From the IMG/VR virus record IMGVR_UViG_3300031841_004380, positions 1 through 58,620 of that record: a stretch of DNA of 58,620 nucleotides. The stretch is one strand, 5' to 3'. Shown here one piece after another: positions 1 through 9,736 of this stretch; the first letter of the stretch is position 1; the number at the start of each line of letters is the position of its first letter. The DNA is from a virus (taxonomy: Duplodnaviria > Caudoviricetes). Position numbers and translations under genes: made by a program. The notes below the pieces were generated by a model, which was not told the origin of the DNA, searched no databases, and worked only from the letters and a program-made list of their open reading frames with translations.

Positions 1-47
1 CTCTTTGTGATAATTGTAGAAAATTTTCAGAGTGAGAGTTTATCGTA

Positions 48-215
48 ATGAATATTAGGCAGTTTGAACTAATGCAGGAGGTATATGATACCGCCAAACA
101 GATGGTCTATGAACAAATGGATCAGCTAGAATTAGATTGTCAATATATGAGGAACAAGATAATTTATCTAAAAAATTTAATTGCTGCCTACGAAAAAGAG
201 GAAAAAGAAAGATAA
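48..215 (+). CDS. small hypothetical protein (55 aa)
   Basis: ORF read by hand: MNIRQFELMQEVYDTAK...EEKER*; not in the ORF track. Confidence 0.55.
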   Translation: MNIRQFELMQEVYDTAKQMVYEQMDQLELDCQYMRNKIIYLKNLIAAYEKEEKER

Positions 216-254
216 GGTGTATTGTTGATTACTTCATCACCGGAGGTATCAACA

Positions 255-449
255 ATGAAGAAAAATATAGACTTCAAAATTCGTTCAGATGGCGACATAA
301 AATCGGTGGAAATCTATCGTCAATACCATAAGGATGACGGTACTTCTGTATGGACATATATTGATAGTGTTCATCCTATGAGTAATATGGAGTTGTATTG
401 GTTAAAGAATTATTTGCAACAATATCTCCAGCAAACAGATTGGGAATAG
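255..449 (+). CDS. hypothetical protein
   Basis: GGAGG RBS at 242-246 before ATG 255 (MKKNIDF...); GGTGTAT motif at 216. Confidence 0.65.
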   Translation: MKKNIDFKIRSDGDIKSVEIYRQYHKDDGTSVWTYIDSVHPMSNMELYWLKNYLQQYLQQTDWE

Positions 450-587
450 ATGGCACAACCATTAAGCAGAGAATTATTATTAAGGCGTGGAAGTTGTTGT
501 GGAGGTAACTGCAAGAACTGTCCGTATATCCCTAAAGGTAAACGTGGAGCAACAAATGTTAAGAAGAAATTTCCTACAGATAGGTAG
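450..587 (+). CDS. small Cys-rich protein, DUF5522-like
   Basis: Read by hand: MAQPLSRELLLRRGSCCGGNCKNCPY..., matching the RGxCCGxxCxxCPY pattern. Confidence 0.7.
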   Translation: MAQPLSRELLLRRGSCCGGNCKNCPYIPKGKRGATNVKKKFPTDR

Positions 588-1830
588 CATAGGTGGAATA
601 GGATTAACTTTAGGTAATTACAATATACTAAAGGCACAAGATCAAGTATCAGATAATGCTAAAGCAAAGTCTGTTATCTATATCTATTTACCGGGAGGTT
701 TTGCTGCCCAAGAAACATTTGATCCTAAACCATTAGCACCAGTTGAATATCGTGGGCCTATGAATTCTATACCCACAAAAATTCCCGGTGTTAGATTTAA
801 TGAACACTTAAAAAAGACTGCGGATATTGCAGATAAAATAACTGTAATTAGATCAATGACTCATGGTGAAACTGCCCATGAAAGAGGTGAGCATGATATG
901 CTTACTGGATGGAAACCCTCTGCCGCATTAGTATATCCTAGTATTGGTTCTGTTGTTAGCCATGAACTAGGTGTGCGTAATGATATTCCACCATATATTG
1001 CTATTCCAAAAATACCTAACGAATGGGCTGACGCTGGATATTTAAGCCAAGCATATAATCCATTTAGTATTGGTAGCAGTCCAGAGGATGCAAACTTTAA
1101 AGTGAGAGATTTAACTCTGCCCAATGGTGTTACCAGAGAAAGATTTGAGGATAGAAAACGATTACTCAATATTGTGAACAACAAATTCATACAGAGTAAT
1201 GAGAGTAGTGATAATCTCAGGGCGATGAATTCTTTTTATGATCATTCTTTTTCCATGCTGGACAATAAAAGTTCTACAGAAGCATTTGATCTAAATAAAG
1301 AGAACGATAAGACCAAAGACATTTATGGTAGAAATGCTGCTGGTATGAGAATGTTGCTGGCAAGAAGATTGGTAGAGGCTGGCAGTAGATTTGTGACGTT
1401 AAGTTATGGTGGCTGGGATATGCACCAGAATATTGAAAACGGCATAAAAAATAATGTTCCAGCATTAGATCAAGCATTTGCTGCACTAATTAATGATCTA
1501 GATGATAGAGGTATGTTGGATAGTACATTGGTTATGATAGGTACTGAATTTGGCAGAACTCCTAAGATCAATCCAGATTCAGGCCGAGATCATTGGCCCA
1601 AGGCTTTTAGTATAGTTATGGCTGGCGGTGGAGTTAAAAGAGGAATGGTTTATGGGGAGACTAATGCTATTGCAGATGATATTTTTGATAATCCAGTAAA
1701 ACCAGAGGATTGGGGTGCTACTGTATTTAATTTAGTCGGCATAGATTATGAGAATGTTCTTTATGCTCCCGGTGATAGACCAGTGAAGATTATGGATGGG
1801 GGAAAACCGATTAAGGACATTATTTCTTAA
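556..1830 (+). CDS. DUF1501 family protein (Planctomycete-type, alkaline phosphatase/sulfatase-like), twin-arginine-like N-terminus
   Basis: MLRRNFLQIG start; motifs KSVIYIYLPGG..QETFDPKP, LLARRLVEAG.RFV, GWDMH, GTEFGRTPKIN, GRDHW. Confidence 0.92.
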   Translation: MLRRNFLQIGSIGGIGLTLGNYNILKAQDQVSDNAKAKSVIYIYLPGGFAAQETFDPKPLAPVEYRGPMNSIPTKIPGVRFNEHLKKTADIADKITVIRSMTHGETAHERGEHDMLTGWKPSAALVYPSIGSVVSHELGVRNDIPPYIAIPKIPNEWADAGYLSQAYNPFSIGSSPEDANFKVRDLTLPNGVTRERFEDRKRLLNIVNNKFIQSNESSDNLRAMNSFYDHSFSMLDNKSSTEAFDLNKENDKTKDIYGRNAAGMRMLLARRLVEAGSRFVTLSYGGWDMHQNIENGIKNNVPALDQAFAALINDLDDRGMLDSTLVMIGTEFGRTPKINPDSGRDHWPKAFSIVMAGGGVKRGMVYGETNAIADDIFDNPVKPEDWGATVFNLVGIDYENVLYAPGDRPVKIMDGGKPIKDIIS

Positions 1831-1839
1831 AGTTGCCTC

Positions 1840-1868
1840 TTGACTTCAACCGATAAGGGTAGTATAAT
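1840..1868 (+). promoter_or_regulatory. early sigma70-like promoter with CCGATA spacer
   Basis: TTGACT-17 nt (contains CCGATA)-TATAAT. Confidence 0.8.
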
Positions 1869-1930
1869 GGATACACTGACTACCCTTGTGTTGTTCATTT
1901 TGATCTACACTCTACTTTGGCTAACGGACT

Positions 1931-2524
1931 TTGACCATGACAATGACCTCTGATCTTATTGACCCAAAGAATATCACTCACTATAATCGCACAGATGATG
2001 AGTTGCAAACATTCTGGATATTCTGTATCCTTGTTGCTGGTAAAAATAGCGACACAACCAGCAGGACTGTTAATAAATTATTGGCTACAAGAGGCAATCA
2101 AACTCCATTTGAATTTATCAGAAGTTTTAGAGTGCAAGACTTCCATGATTTTTTGGTGCAAAATAGAGTGGGACAATACGATAGGATTTGCAGAGCATTG
2201 TATGGTTCTACAAGATTAAATCTTAGAACTTGTACCCGTGATGATCTTATGAAGATTCATGGGGTTGGGCCAAAAACTGCAAGATTCTTCTTGTTGCACA
2301 CAAGGGAATTTTGTGACGAAATTGTTCTAGATACTCATATATTAAGATGGATGAGGGAAAAGTGTGGGGTTGATGATGTTCCAAAGAATACTCCACAGAA
2401 CCCAAGGAAATACGCTGGTTGGGCTGGATTATGTAAATATCTTATTGAAATTCATTATCCACGTTTGACACTGGCTCAGGCAGACCTTATGATATGGACA
2501 GAGATGAGCGGAAGATTAGATTAA
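1931..2524 (+). CDS. HhH-superfamily DNA glycosylase (Ogg2/EndoIII-like)
   Basis: HhH motif IHGVGPKTARFFL followed by VLDTHILRW. Confidence 0.8.
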   Translation: MTMTMTSDLIDPKNITHYNRTDDELQTFWIFCILVAGKNSDTTSRTVNKLLATRGNQTPFEFIRSFRVQDFHDFLVQNRVGQYDRICRALYGSTRLNLRTCTRDDLMKIHGVGPKTARFFLLHTREFCDEIVLDTHILRWMREKCGVDDVPKNTPQNPRKYAGWAGLCKYLIEIHYPRLTLAQADLMIWTEMSGRLD

Positions 2525-2682
2525 TGTGGAGAATTTGGTGCAAAGCATTAGGTGAGAAGTCTGGCACAACAGATCGCCAGAGTGATGGTATTGCATTTGT
2601 TCGCACAATACTTGTCTTGCAGGCTATCATTACGAATTTGTTTATTGTTGCAAATATTCTAACGAATTGGTACAAAAACTAA
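2524..2682 (+). CDS. small membrane protein
   Basis: MWRIWCKALG... with one hydrophobic segment; TAATG-coupled to the upstream gene. Confidence 0.65.
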   Translation: MWRIWCKALGEKSGTTDRQSDGIAFVRTILVLQAIITNLFIVANILTNWYKN

Positions 2683-2690
2683 AGTTCCTC

Positions 2691-2719
2691 TTGACAGATG
2701 CCGATACATACTGTATAAT
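2691..2719 (+). promoter_or_regulatory. early sigma70-like promoter with GCCGATA spacer
   Basis: TTGACA-17 nt-TATAAT. Confidence 0.88.
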
Positions 2720-2741
2720 GGGAAGCATGGAGGAAACACTT

Positions 2742-2960
2742 ATGCGATGTGTTAGTTGTTTGGGTGAGATTGATTTTATGCGGGCTGAATTTATTCAAGA
2801 ATTCGGCAAGGCTCAGGTTTGCCGACATTGTTCTACAGAAAAGCGTAGAGTTGGTTATATGGACTATGGACATAAAACTGCTCCACAATTAGTTATGTGT
2901 AGTGCTAATGCTACAGAGACTAAGCGTATTCTTGATCGTGCAAATAGGAGGGCCAGATAA
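2742..2960 (+). CDS. C4 zinc-finger protein (TraR/DksA-like spacing)
   Basis: CVSC...EI...R...CRHC; GGAGG RBS upstream. Confidence 0.6.
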   Translation: MRCVSCLGEIDFMRAEFIQEFGKAQVCRHCSTEKRRVGYMDYGHKTAPQLVMCSANATETKRILDRANRRAR

Positions 2961-3157
2961 TGCTTGGTAAGTTTACATGGAAAGATTTGTTAAAGTTTTT
3001 ACTTGAACAAAGAGAAAAAGGATTACTACAAGAAGATCACGATGTTTTTATTCGTAATGTAGAAACTGGTGACGAGTATATTTGTGATATAGTAGAACTA
3101 GATGGAAGATTGGTAATTGGTTATAACTCAGGAGAAGAAACTTGGGATCTAAAATGA
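2960..3157 (+). CDS. hypothetical protein
   Basis: Translationally coupled ORF in a dense gene run. Confidence 0.6.
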   Translation: MLGKFTWKDLLKFLLEQREKGLLQEDHDVFIRNVETGDEYICDIVELDGRLVIGYNSGEETWDLK

Positions 3158-3405
3158 AAGATAGATTTGATCTTGAGCAAGAAATACTGCAAGTTAAAAG
3201 TTATGCCGACAATATTCGCATGACAGCAGAAAGAATGATAAATGATGATCATGACGGTAATACCAACATTGATTTTTACTGGAACGCATTGAATGGAATA
3301 GCAGTTTTGCTAGATATGCACAGTGATGTTATGTTTGATACATTGAAACAATGTTTTCAACTTGACTCTTACAAGGACTCTTTAGTGGAGGATAATCATG
3401 GGTAG
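3154..3405 (+). CDS. hypothetical protein
   Basis: ORF (MKDRFDLEQE...) in operon-like run. Confidence 0.65.
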   Translation: MKDRFDLEQEILQVKSYADNIRMTAERMINDDHDGNTNIDFYWNALNGIAVLLDMHSDVMFDTLKQCFQLDSYKDSLVEDNHG

Positions 3406-3889
3406 TGATATTTATACAGAAAGTGCTGTTGCTATTCGTTTTGATGATTTTCTAGACAGAAAAGAATTAGATAAAAAGTCTACCATAAATGCTATCGTAG
3501 ATGACTTGATAAAGAATAATATTGTGGTCGAAGGTCTGGTTGAAAAACTCCCTCTTAGAAAAGACAAATATCATCTTGCAGCAGGTTTAGTCGATCTTAT
3601 ATCCATGAGCGACGAAGGATACGAAGATGATCGTGAGCGTAACACTAAAATCCTCACAATCTTTTGTGAAAACGTCGGCATTGATCTGGATAATTTACCC
3701 GAATGTAATTTCCGGTCTTTTGAAAGTTCAAGAGAATCTGGATGGGACGTTGAAACAGATGTTCTTTATCTAATGTTTGAGCCTTCTGGTTTATTTGAAA
3801 CCAAGATGACAAAAGAAGGTAAAAAATTTGCGAAGTTTTTAGGCAAGGAAAGTATTGAAGAAACAACTTGGACTGTTCATTCTTACTAA
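3398..3889 (+). CDS. hypothetical acidic protein
   Basis: GGAGG RBS; 163 aa ORF. Confidence 0.7.
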   Translation: MGSDIYTESAVAIRFDDFLDRKELDKKSTINAIVDDLIKNNIVVEGLVEKLPLRKDKYHLAAGLVDLISMSDEGYEDDRERNTKILTIFCENVGIDLDNLPECNFRSFESSRESGWDVETDVLYLMFEPSGLFETKMTKEGKKFAKFLGKESIEETTWTVHSY

Positions 3890-3905
3890 ATAGAAAGAGG
3901 ATAAT

Positions 3906-4103
3906 ATGCAAACTGTTGTAGATTTTACTAGTCAAGTTTTTGCTTTCATTGAAAATACTTATGGTAAAGGTATTATCAAGAAGGTTAAACTTAAAAAGAA
4001 TGGTGATATTGTTGATAGAATTCTGTCAGATTCTCTATCAAAAGAATATGATTCTGAAAGAACAGGAAACAAACTTGTTGCTATGTTGAGGCTTAATCCG
4101 TGA
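3906..4103 (+). CDS. hypothetical protein
   Basis: AGAGGA RBS; ORF. Confidence 0.65.
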   Translation: MQTVVDFTSQVFAFIENTYGKGIIKKVKLKKNGDIVDRILSDSLSKEYDSERTGNKLVAMLRLNP

Positions 4104-4354
4104 ACAGAAGAAGAAAACAAGAAATAAAGGAAGCAAAGATAAGAGCTATGCAGCATATGTTTTATATGGATGTATACTATTATCTACAGCTAGAATACAA
4201 GCCTAGAATAGTAAAATTATTCACAGACAGTCCTATCGCTGGTAATCTAGTAGATTTAATCAACGAATATTTCTGGGGAGGTAATACTGTTCAGTTTACC
4301 GCTGGTCAAATTGCTGACTTACTGAGAAGTAAGTATAAAACGGGGTATAAATAA
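4100..4354 (+). CDS. hypothetical protein
   Basis: GTGA overlap with the upstream gene. Confidence 0.6.
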   Translation: MNRRRKQEIKEAKIRAMQHMFYMDVYYYLQLEYKPRIVKLFTDSPIAGNLVDLINEYFWGGNTVQFTAGQIADLLRSKYKTGYK

Positions 4355-4390
4355 TTATTGCTATTTATATCTCTAACCAAGGCAACTATT

Positions 4391-4885
4391 ATGATTATTA
4401 TTACTGTATGCCGCACTTTATTTTATCAGTTTTTACTTGTTGCGATAGGATTATCGGTAGGATTTATTCTTAATGCAGAATATATTGGATGGAAATCTAG
4501 CATTATTGAAAGATCAGTTACCAACATATTCAATCCTACTCAATATGACGAAGATATTTGTAAAAGAGTTAAGAACTGGGGTGCTACAAGAATTTGGGCA
4601 GAATTGGGCAGACCTAGTATGTTTGAAGTATTGGAGGATGCCGTACTGGCAGAAGAATACTATATAGGAAAATTCAAATACACAAATGTTGAAACAGGAG
4701 AAACGGAGGTAAAGATTATTCCACAAAGAGTAAGATGGAAACCTTGGGAATATTATTACACAGACCCTTCACCAACATCAAAAGAAGAACTTTTAGACTA
4801 TCTTGAAAACGGAGACTTAAATAGCAAAGAATCAGACAAAGCGTTTCGATTGTATGATGAACTTAGACAACAGGAGAATAAATGA
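4391..4885 (+). CDS. membrane-anchored hypothetical protein
   Basis: N-terminal hydrophobic helix; GGGGTATA motif at 4342. Confidence 0.65.
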   Translation: MIIITVCRTLFYQFLLVAIGLSVGFILNAEYIGWKSSIIERSVTNIFNPTQYDEDICKRVKNWGATRIWAELGRPSMFEVLEDAVLAEEYYIGKFKYTNVETGETEVKIIPQRVRWKPWEYYYTDPSPTSKEELLDYLENGDLNSKESDKAFRLYDELRQQENK

Positions 4886-5190
4886 TGAAGATTTTAGGAT
4901 TATTTTTAGCACTAACCCTCGTTCCTGCAACAGTTAGCTATGGAAGTACTTGGGTTCCTCATGTTCCTTATATTAAACCAGTACCAGTAACTCAACCAGT
5001 AGTAGAAGTACCAGTAGTACCATCTGTAACCTATTCTACTTATACCAGACCATTAATGATTATGTATGACTGGGTTCCTTACTCAGTTAATCATCTTGTG
5101 GTAACAGAAAGGCACGGTCTTTTCTGTAGACACAGAACCTATCATTATGAACCAAGAGTAGAATGGGTATATCAACCAGTATGGAAATAG
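4882..5190 (+). CDS. putative secreted Pro/Val/Tyr-rich protein
   Basis: Signal-peptide-like N-terminus (MMKILGLFLALTLVPATVSYG). Confidence 0.65.
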   Translation: MMKILGLFLALTLVPATVSYGSTWVPHVPYIKPVPVTQPVVEVPVVPSVTYSTYTRPLMIMYDWVPYSVNHLVVTERHGLFCRHRTYHYEPRVEWVYQPVWK

Positions 5191-5390
5191 GACTTGCATC
5201 ACTTGCGATTATTGCTCTGTTGTTTACTATAGGAAGTGGTAGCATGATTATGTCTTTATTTTTCGAGAAAGATGATTCATTGATATACCGACAACCGCAA
5301 ATCGTGCAACCAAAACCAGTAGAACATATAGCTGCTTATTATGAAGAAGATGATCTTTTAGAACTAGATGAAGGACTATTAGATGATTAG
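5181..5390 (+). CDS. small membrane protein
   Basis: Hydrophobic N-terminus, acidic tail. Confidence 0.55.
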   Translation: MEIGLASLAIIALLFTIGSGSMIMSLFFEKDDSLIYRQPQIVQPKPVEHIAAYYEEDDLLELDEGLLDD

Positions 5391-5745
5391 AAAATGGTTT
5401 AGCGTAAAAGAACAAAAACCCGAAGATGGTCAAAAGGTTTATTATTTTTGTGATTTTCTTGGAATATTTAGAGGTGAGTATCATTACCTAAAAAGTAAAT
5501 ACTCTAGTCCACATAAGTTTAGTAGTCATCATGGTATTTTAGATAGTGACGAAGTTTCACATTGGATGCCATATGACCATGCTTTAAAAGATATCATACC
5601 GTTACCTCCAGACTATAAAAAAACACCAATCACTAACACCCAATCTATGCTAAATTCTGGAGAAGAAATATCTATTCCAGAAGATAGTAGACAACTAGAA
5701 TTTACTTATTCAATAACAGGAGAATTAAATGAACAGATTCGCTAG
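5383..5745 (+). CDS. DUF551-like phage protein
   Basis: WFSVKEQKP...VSHWMP pattern. Confidence 0.6.
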   Translation: MIRKWFSVKEQKPEDGQKVYYFCDFLGIFRGEYHYLKSKYSSPHKFSSHHGILDSDEVSHWMPYDHALKDIIPLPPDYKKTPITNTQSMLNSGEEISIPEDSRQLEFTYSITGELNEQIR

Positions 5746-5959
5746 AGCATTACAAAGCAAATATCAAGCCAGAATAGATGAAGCAATAGCCACAATAGAA
5801 TTATATCTTAATAATGCTGTTGGAGTTGGAGAACATCCAGACATTTTAGATGTGCTTGATAGGTATGTTAGTATACTTGAAACTAATACCAGTAAGCTGC
5901 AAGCATTAAACTCTATTCTTCAACCACCAACTAATAATGAGCCAAAAAGCGGTAACTGA
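5729..5959 (+). CDS. hypothetical phage protein
   Basis: AGGAG RBS; YLNNAVGVGEHPDI motif. Confidence 0.7.
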   Translation: MNRFARALQSKYQARIDEAIATIELYLNNAVGVGEHPDILDVLDRYVSILETNTSKLQALNSILQPPTNNEPKSGN

Positions 5960-6755
5960 TTTTTTTATTTTCTGCCCACCTAAATGTGGCACTACTTCTT
6001 TATTTCATATGCTTTCTCAACATCCTGAGTTGAGTCCATGTAATATTAAAGAGCCTCATTTTTTCTCTATAAACTATACTAATGGTTTAGAGTGGTATAA
6101 TAATCTATTTGAAAAAAATGATAAACAAAAATTTGAAGCCAGTACATCGTATTTTAGTAACGAGAGGGCGACAAAAAGACTAAAAAAGAATCTGGATAAA
6201 CAACCCAAACTTATTATTGTACTTAGAAATCCAGTAGAACGGTTTATATCTTTATATAAGCATTTCAGAGCAGTCTATAGAATTGTCAATGATGAGAGTC
6301 TATACGATAATTTTTTATCGTCAATAAGCTGGGCAGAACAATTTGTTGAGAATAACTTCTCTGGACTGGGACTATCTATACAACAGTGGCAAAATAAAGA
6401 GTATGATATAAATGATACACATTTTAAAATGTTTGAAAAGGAGATAAATTGTGGTATGTATTATGAACATATTTGCAACTTATCAGATAATTTAAACTGC
6501 TCTATAATGCTACTTGAATACAGTAAATTCAAGCAAGACAACATTAATACTATCCATACCATAGAAAACTTTTTAGGTATAAGTAATTTTAATGGTTACG
6601 AAAAACTAGAGTATAATCAATCTTCTGATTGGGAACAATTTGTAGATGTTAAATCAGATATCACTAAAGACTTTACTGATAATCTACACGAGCTTTATCG
6701 TTCTTCAAATACTCAGCTAGAAAAATTTCTTAACACAAAACTAAATTGGGACTAA
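5937..6755 (+). CDS. sulfotransferase family protein
   Basis: 5'-PSB loop PPKCGTTSL, KEPHFF, 3'-PB motif LRNPVERFIS. Confidence 0.88.
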   Translation: MSQKAVTDFFIFCPPKCGTTSLFHMLSQHPELSPCNIKEPHFFSINYTNGLEWYNNLFEKNDKQKFEASTSYFSNERATKRLKKNLDKQPKLIIVLRNPVERFISLYKHFRAVYRIVNDESLYDNFLSSISWAEQFVENNFSGLGLSIQQWQNKEYDINDTHFKMFEKEINCGMYYEHICNLSDNLNCSIMLLEYSKFKQDNINTIHTIENFLGISNFNGYEKLEYNQSSDWEQFVDVKSDITKDFTDNLHELYRSSNTQLEKFLNTKLNWD

Positions 6756-6763
6756 AGATATGC

Positions 6764-6792
6764 TTGACAACTGCCGATAAATCATGTATAAT
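6764..6792 (+). promoter_or_regulatory. early sigma70-like promoter with GCCGATA spacer
   Basis: TTGACA-17 nt-TATAAT. Confidence 0.88.
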
Positions 6793-6810
6793 GGCAGACA
6801 GGAGGAAGCT

Positions 6811-7725
6811 ATGCGACTTGGCCTATGCTGTATATCACTCGACTTGCAAGAACTTGACGAACCACTCAAGTTTCAAACAATGACCTACAAACGCTTCTCT
6901 GCACTACCTCGCAGCGAGGCTTTGGATATTCTAGGTTCTCGTATTCTTAACAATATGCAGGTGACTCATGCTACCATTCAGCACTGTGCAAGGAATAATT
7001 ACTGCTATAGGATCAGTAGTGATCTATTTCCTCTTATTACCTATCGTGCTGCTAATATTTCTCTTACTGACTTGCCTCAATACAATCTCATTCAAAAAGA
7101 AATAGAGAATATCAAACAGACTATTGCGGACACAGGTATTCGTATCTCTTGTCATCCAAGTGAATTTAATGTACTTGCATCTCCTAATCAAGATGCAGTA
7201 GATAGAACTATTACAGAACTAAATTTTTACGCAAATTTCCTTGACAGCATAGGTTGTCCAGCCGATTATAATTGTCCGATGAATTTACATATCAATAATC
7301 GGCAAGGAAGCAACGATGAGGTGGTGGCACGATTTATACATAATTTCAATAGACTTAACGATAATTGTCGCAATCGTCTTGTTATTGAGAATGATGATAA
7401 ACTTAATTGCTGGTCTGTGAAACAGCTAGTAGAAGATTTTCACCCCAAGACCAACATACCTATCACATTCGACTATCTGCACCATGCTTGCCATCCAGAC
7501 GGATGGACTGAAGAACAGGCTATTACTGCTTGTTATGAAACATGGCATGGATATCGACCATTGTTTCATTACAGCGAAAATATTCCAGACCATCCTAATC
7601 CTCGTAAACACGCAGATTATGCCGTCAATGACTTTTATACTTACGATCTAGATTTTGATGTTGACATGGAACTAAAAATGAAAGACAAAGCTATTGCTAA
7701 ATTTCTTGGAGAAGTACCAGTATGA
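6811..7725 (+). CDS. uvsE: UV damage endonuclease (UvsE/UVDE)
   Basis: RLGLCC, YRISSDLFP, RISCHPSEF, LVIENDD, FDYLHH, HYSE, HAD, MELKMKD motifs; AGGAGG RBS. Confidence 0.92.
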   Translation: MRLGLCCISLDLQELDEPLKFQTMTYKRFSALPRSEALDILGSRILNNMQVTHATIQHCARNNYCYRISSDLFPLITYRAANISLTDLPQYNLIQKEIENIKQTIADTGIRISCHPSEFNVLASPNQDAVDRTITELNFYANFLDSIGCPADYNCPMNLHINNRQGSNDEVVARFIHNFNRLNDNCRNRLVIENDDKLNCWSVKQLVEDFHPKTNIPITFDYLHHACHPDGWTEEQAITACYETWHGYRPLFHYSENIPDHPNPRKHADYAVNDFYTYDLDFDVDMELKMKDKAIAKFLGEVPV

Positions 7726-7868
7726 GTGGATGGTTAATCGGACTAACTGGTTTGGTGTATTTTTATGTTAGTTTGGAGCAGATGTATAAGGGTAATATTG
7801 GAATGGCAATAGCTTATTTTGGTTATGCTTTCTCAAATATTGGTTTATATTTACTAGCATCAAAATAG
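7722..7868 (+). CDS. small two-TM membrane protein
   Basis: Read by hand: MSGWLIGLTGLVYFYV...GYAFSNIGLYLLASK*. Confidence 0.65.
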   Translation: MSGWLIGLTGLVYFYVSLEQMYKGNIGMAIAYFGYAFSNIGLYLLASK

Positions 7869-7877
7869 GAGTGTGCT

Positions 7878-8033
7878 ATGAAAGAACCAGTAAAGTTTTC
7901 AATGTCTAATGATAGACCTGTGCAAGATACCGTTAAAAAATATCCTCTACCAAGTATTGAGCAGGAATTGTGGGACACTATTCAAGATCACAAAAATGAC
8001 AGAGAAAATGATCAGGAAAAAGAAAAAGATTAG
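7878..8033 (+). CDS. small hypothetical protein
   Basis: AGGAG RBS; MKEPVKFSMS... Confidence 0.55.
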   Translation: MKEPVKFSMSNDRPVQDTVKKYPLPSIEQELWDTIQDHKNDRENDQEKEKD

Positions 8034-8050
8034 ATTGCTTAAAGTTTGAC

Positions 8051-8079
8051 TTGACAGATGCCGATAAGTATGGTATACT
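8051..8079 (+). promoter_or_regulatory. early sigma70-like promoter with GCCGATA spacer
   Basis: TTGACA-17 nt-TATACT. Confidence 0.88.
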
Positions 8080-8112
8080 AGAGGAAATCACTTACTCACA
8101 GGAAATCAAACG

Positions 8113-8520
8113 ATGCCAAAGGGAAAAAAGACTTGCGAGAAATGCGGAACATTGACAGGCCCAAGAGCATATATGTGTCCAGAGTGCAATCATCCTTTTG
8201 TTTTTGCGGTTCAAAGCAAGGAAAAAAGAACAACCAGACTTATCAAAAACTTCAATTGGAAGGAGTTGCAGGTTGGAGATACCATTAAATCTACCGGAGG
8301 CCCATATTATGTTAAGGGTTGCGATTTTATTCCTATGGGTTATCGTGGGAAGTATACCGTTGTTCGTCTTGATGAAGAAGGTATAATTGCCTACTCTGCT
8401 AAAGGTGGATATTGCCATATTTATATGGGCAGAGACAAACAGTGTCCAGAAACTAAAATTTGGAAAACAAAACACAGGCTGGCAAAAGTAACGCCAAGAA
8501 AACCAAAAGGTGTAATCTAA
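8113..8520 (+). CDS. basic zinc-ribbon protein
   Basis: CEKC...CPEC at the N-terminus. Confidence 0.7.
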   Translation: MPKGKKTCEKCGTLTGPRAYMCPECNHPFVFAVQSKEKRTTRLIKNFNWKELQVGDTIKSTGGPYYVKGCDFIPMGYRGKYTVVRLDEEGIIAYSAKGGYCHIYMGRDKQCPETKIWKTKHRLAKVTPRKPKGVI

Positions 8521-8543
8521 GTTAGACACTTTTTGGAGAACAA

Positions 8544-8819
8544 ATGCCACAAAAACATAAAGATAAAGATAATGTAAGAACTATTGAAACGCCTAGTCCT
8601 TACGGTAGCCATAAGAGCATGGTAGTAGATATAGATTCTGAAGCAGAAAACCACAACGTACCTAAAGACAAGGTGATATGTAAGGATGAAAAAGGTTATT
8701 ACGTTACATACAAGAACAGAATTGATAACGGACTTTCAGACCCATGCCGATATGCTTGTCCGTTGTGCAGATTCAGTAATCTAAATATATTGTTTTCAGA
8801 TTGGGATATTCTAAGATAG
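8544..8819 (+). CDS. hypothetical protein
   Basis: TTTTGGAG RBS; ORF. Confidence 0.65.
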   Translation: MPQKHKDKDNVRTIETPSPYGSHKSMVVDIDSEAENHNVPKDKVICKDEKGYYVTYKNRIDNGLSDPCRYACPLCRFSNLNILFSDWDILR

Positions 8820-8822
8820 GTC

Positions 8823-8850
8823 TTGACTTTCCAGCCCAATCTGCTATAAT
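8823..8850 (+). promoter_or_regulatory. sigma70-like promoter
   Basis: TTGACT-16 nt-TATAAT with a TG extension. Confidence 0.6.
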
Positions 8851-8932
8851 ACATTAACGTCGTTAAGGTTTTTGTAAGTGGCGACAAAAATCTTATTTCT
8901 TAGGAAAGCCACAATTTGAAAGGGTTTTGCTG

Positions 8933-9160
8933 ATGACTAAGCAGGATCGTGTTATTAATTATCTTTGTAAGGGAAAGACTCTTAGCCAAGATAGTGCATC
9001 AAGTATGTTTGATGTTGGTAATTTGAGGGCTACTATTAGCGATATCAAGCCAGCCCTACATTCTCAGGGATATTCTGTCACCAGAACTACTGGCCGACAG
9101 GGTGAAACCCGCTATGGTGCAATCGCCCGTAAGACTACTCGCAAGTCTAGCAGGCGATAA
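8933..9160 (+). CDS. small basic HTH-like DNA-binding protein
   Basis: MTKQDRVINYL..GKTLS...FDVGNLRATISDI resembles a winged HTH. Confidence 0.6.
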   Translation: MTKQDRVINYLCKGKTLSQDSASSMFDVGNLRATISDIKPALHSQGYSVTRTTGRQGETRYGAIARKTTRKSSRR

Positions 9161-9227
9161 TCAATTTACAGGTTTTAGTGGCCCCATTAAAGCCAAGGGT
9201 ATATCTCACAATCTAGATATAGATAGT

Positions 9228-9566
9228 ATGGCTTCCTATCCCACTAAAATTTGTAGAATCTGTAATCTTGAAAAAAGCACCGACGATTTCTTTCTTGATA
9301 GAGGTAAACTATATTCTAAGTGTAGAGATTGTTTTAAGACCTATCAAGATCAATTAAAAACTGTTAAGAAAAATGCACCAGCTAAACCAGAAAGATGCGA
9401 GTGCTGCAATAAAATACCTAACAAATGGGCCTGCGACCATTATCCTAATACTACTAAGTTTAGAGGTTGGGTTTGCTGGGAATGTAATAACGCTGCTGGA
9501 TCTGTAGGCGATTCATATGAAGGTGCAGTTAAACTTTTGAATTATTTATATCAGAGAAAAATATGA
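9228..9566 (+). CDS. endonuclease VII-like His-Me finger nuclease
   Basis: CRIC/CRDC zinc motif, then CECC...CDH....RGWVCWECN..G. Confidence 0.75.
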   Translation: MASYPTKICRICNLEKSTDDFFLDRGKLYSKCRDCFKTYQDQLKTVKKNAPAKPERCECCNKIPNKWACDHYPNTTKFRGWVCWECNNAAGSVGDSYEGAVKLLNYLYQRKI

Positions 9567-9736
9567 ATAAATTACATCCCATAACCTATATTGTTGCGGG
9601 TTTACTTGGTGTAGCGTGTTCTGTAATTCAAGTGCAATGTAGACAAATAGAACAACTTAAAAAAGAAAAATATCCAGTAATTATAAGACGGGGTATAGAG
9701 TATTACGAGAAAGCACCAAAAGATAGAGTAATATAA
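9563..9736 (+). CDS. small membrane-anchored protein; stop codon abuts the tmRNA
   Basis: Read by hand: MNKLHPHNLYIVAGLLGVAC...DRVI*. Confidence 0.55.
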   Translation: MNKLHPITYIVAGLLGVACSVIQVQCRQIEQLKKEKYPVIIRRGIEYYEKAPKDRVI

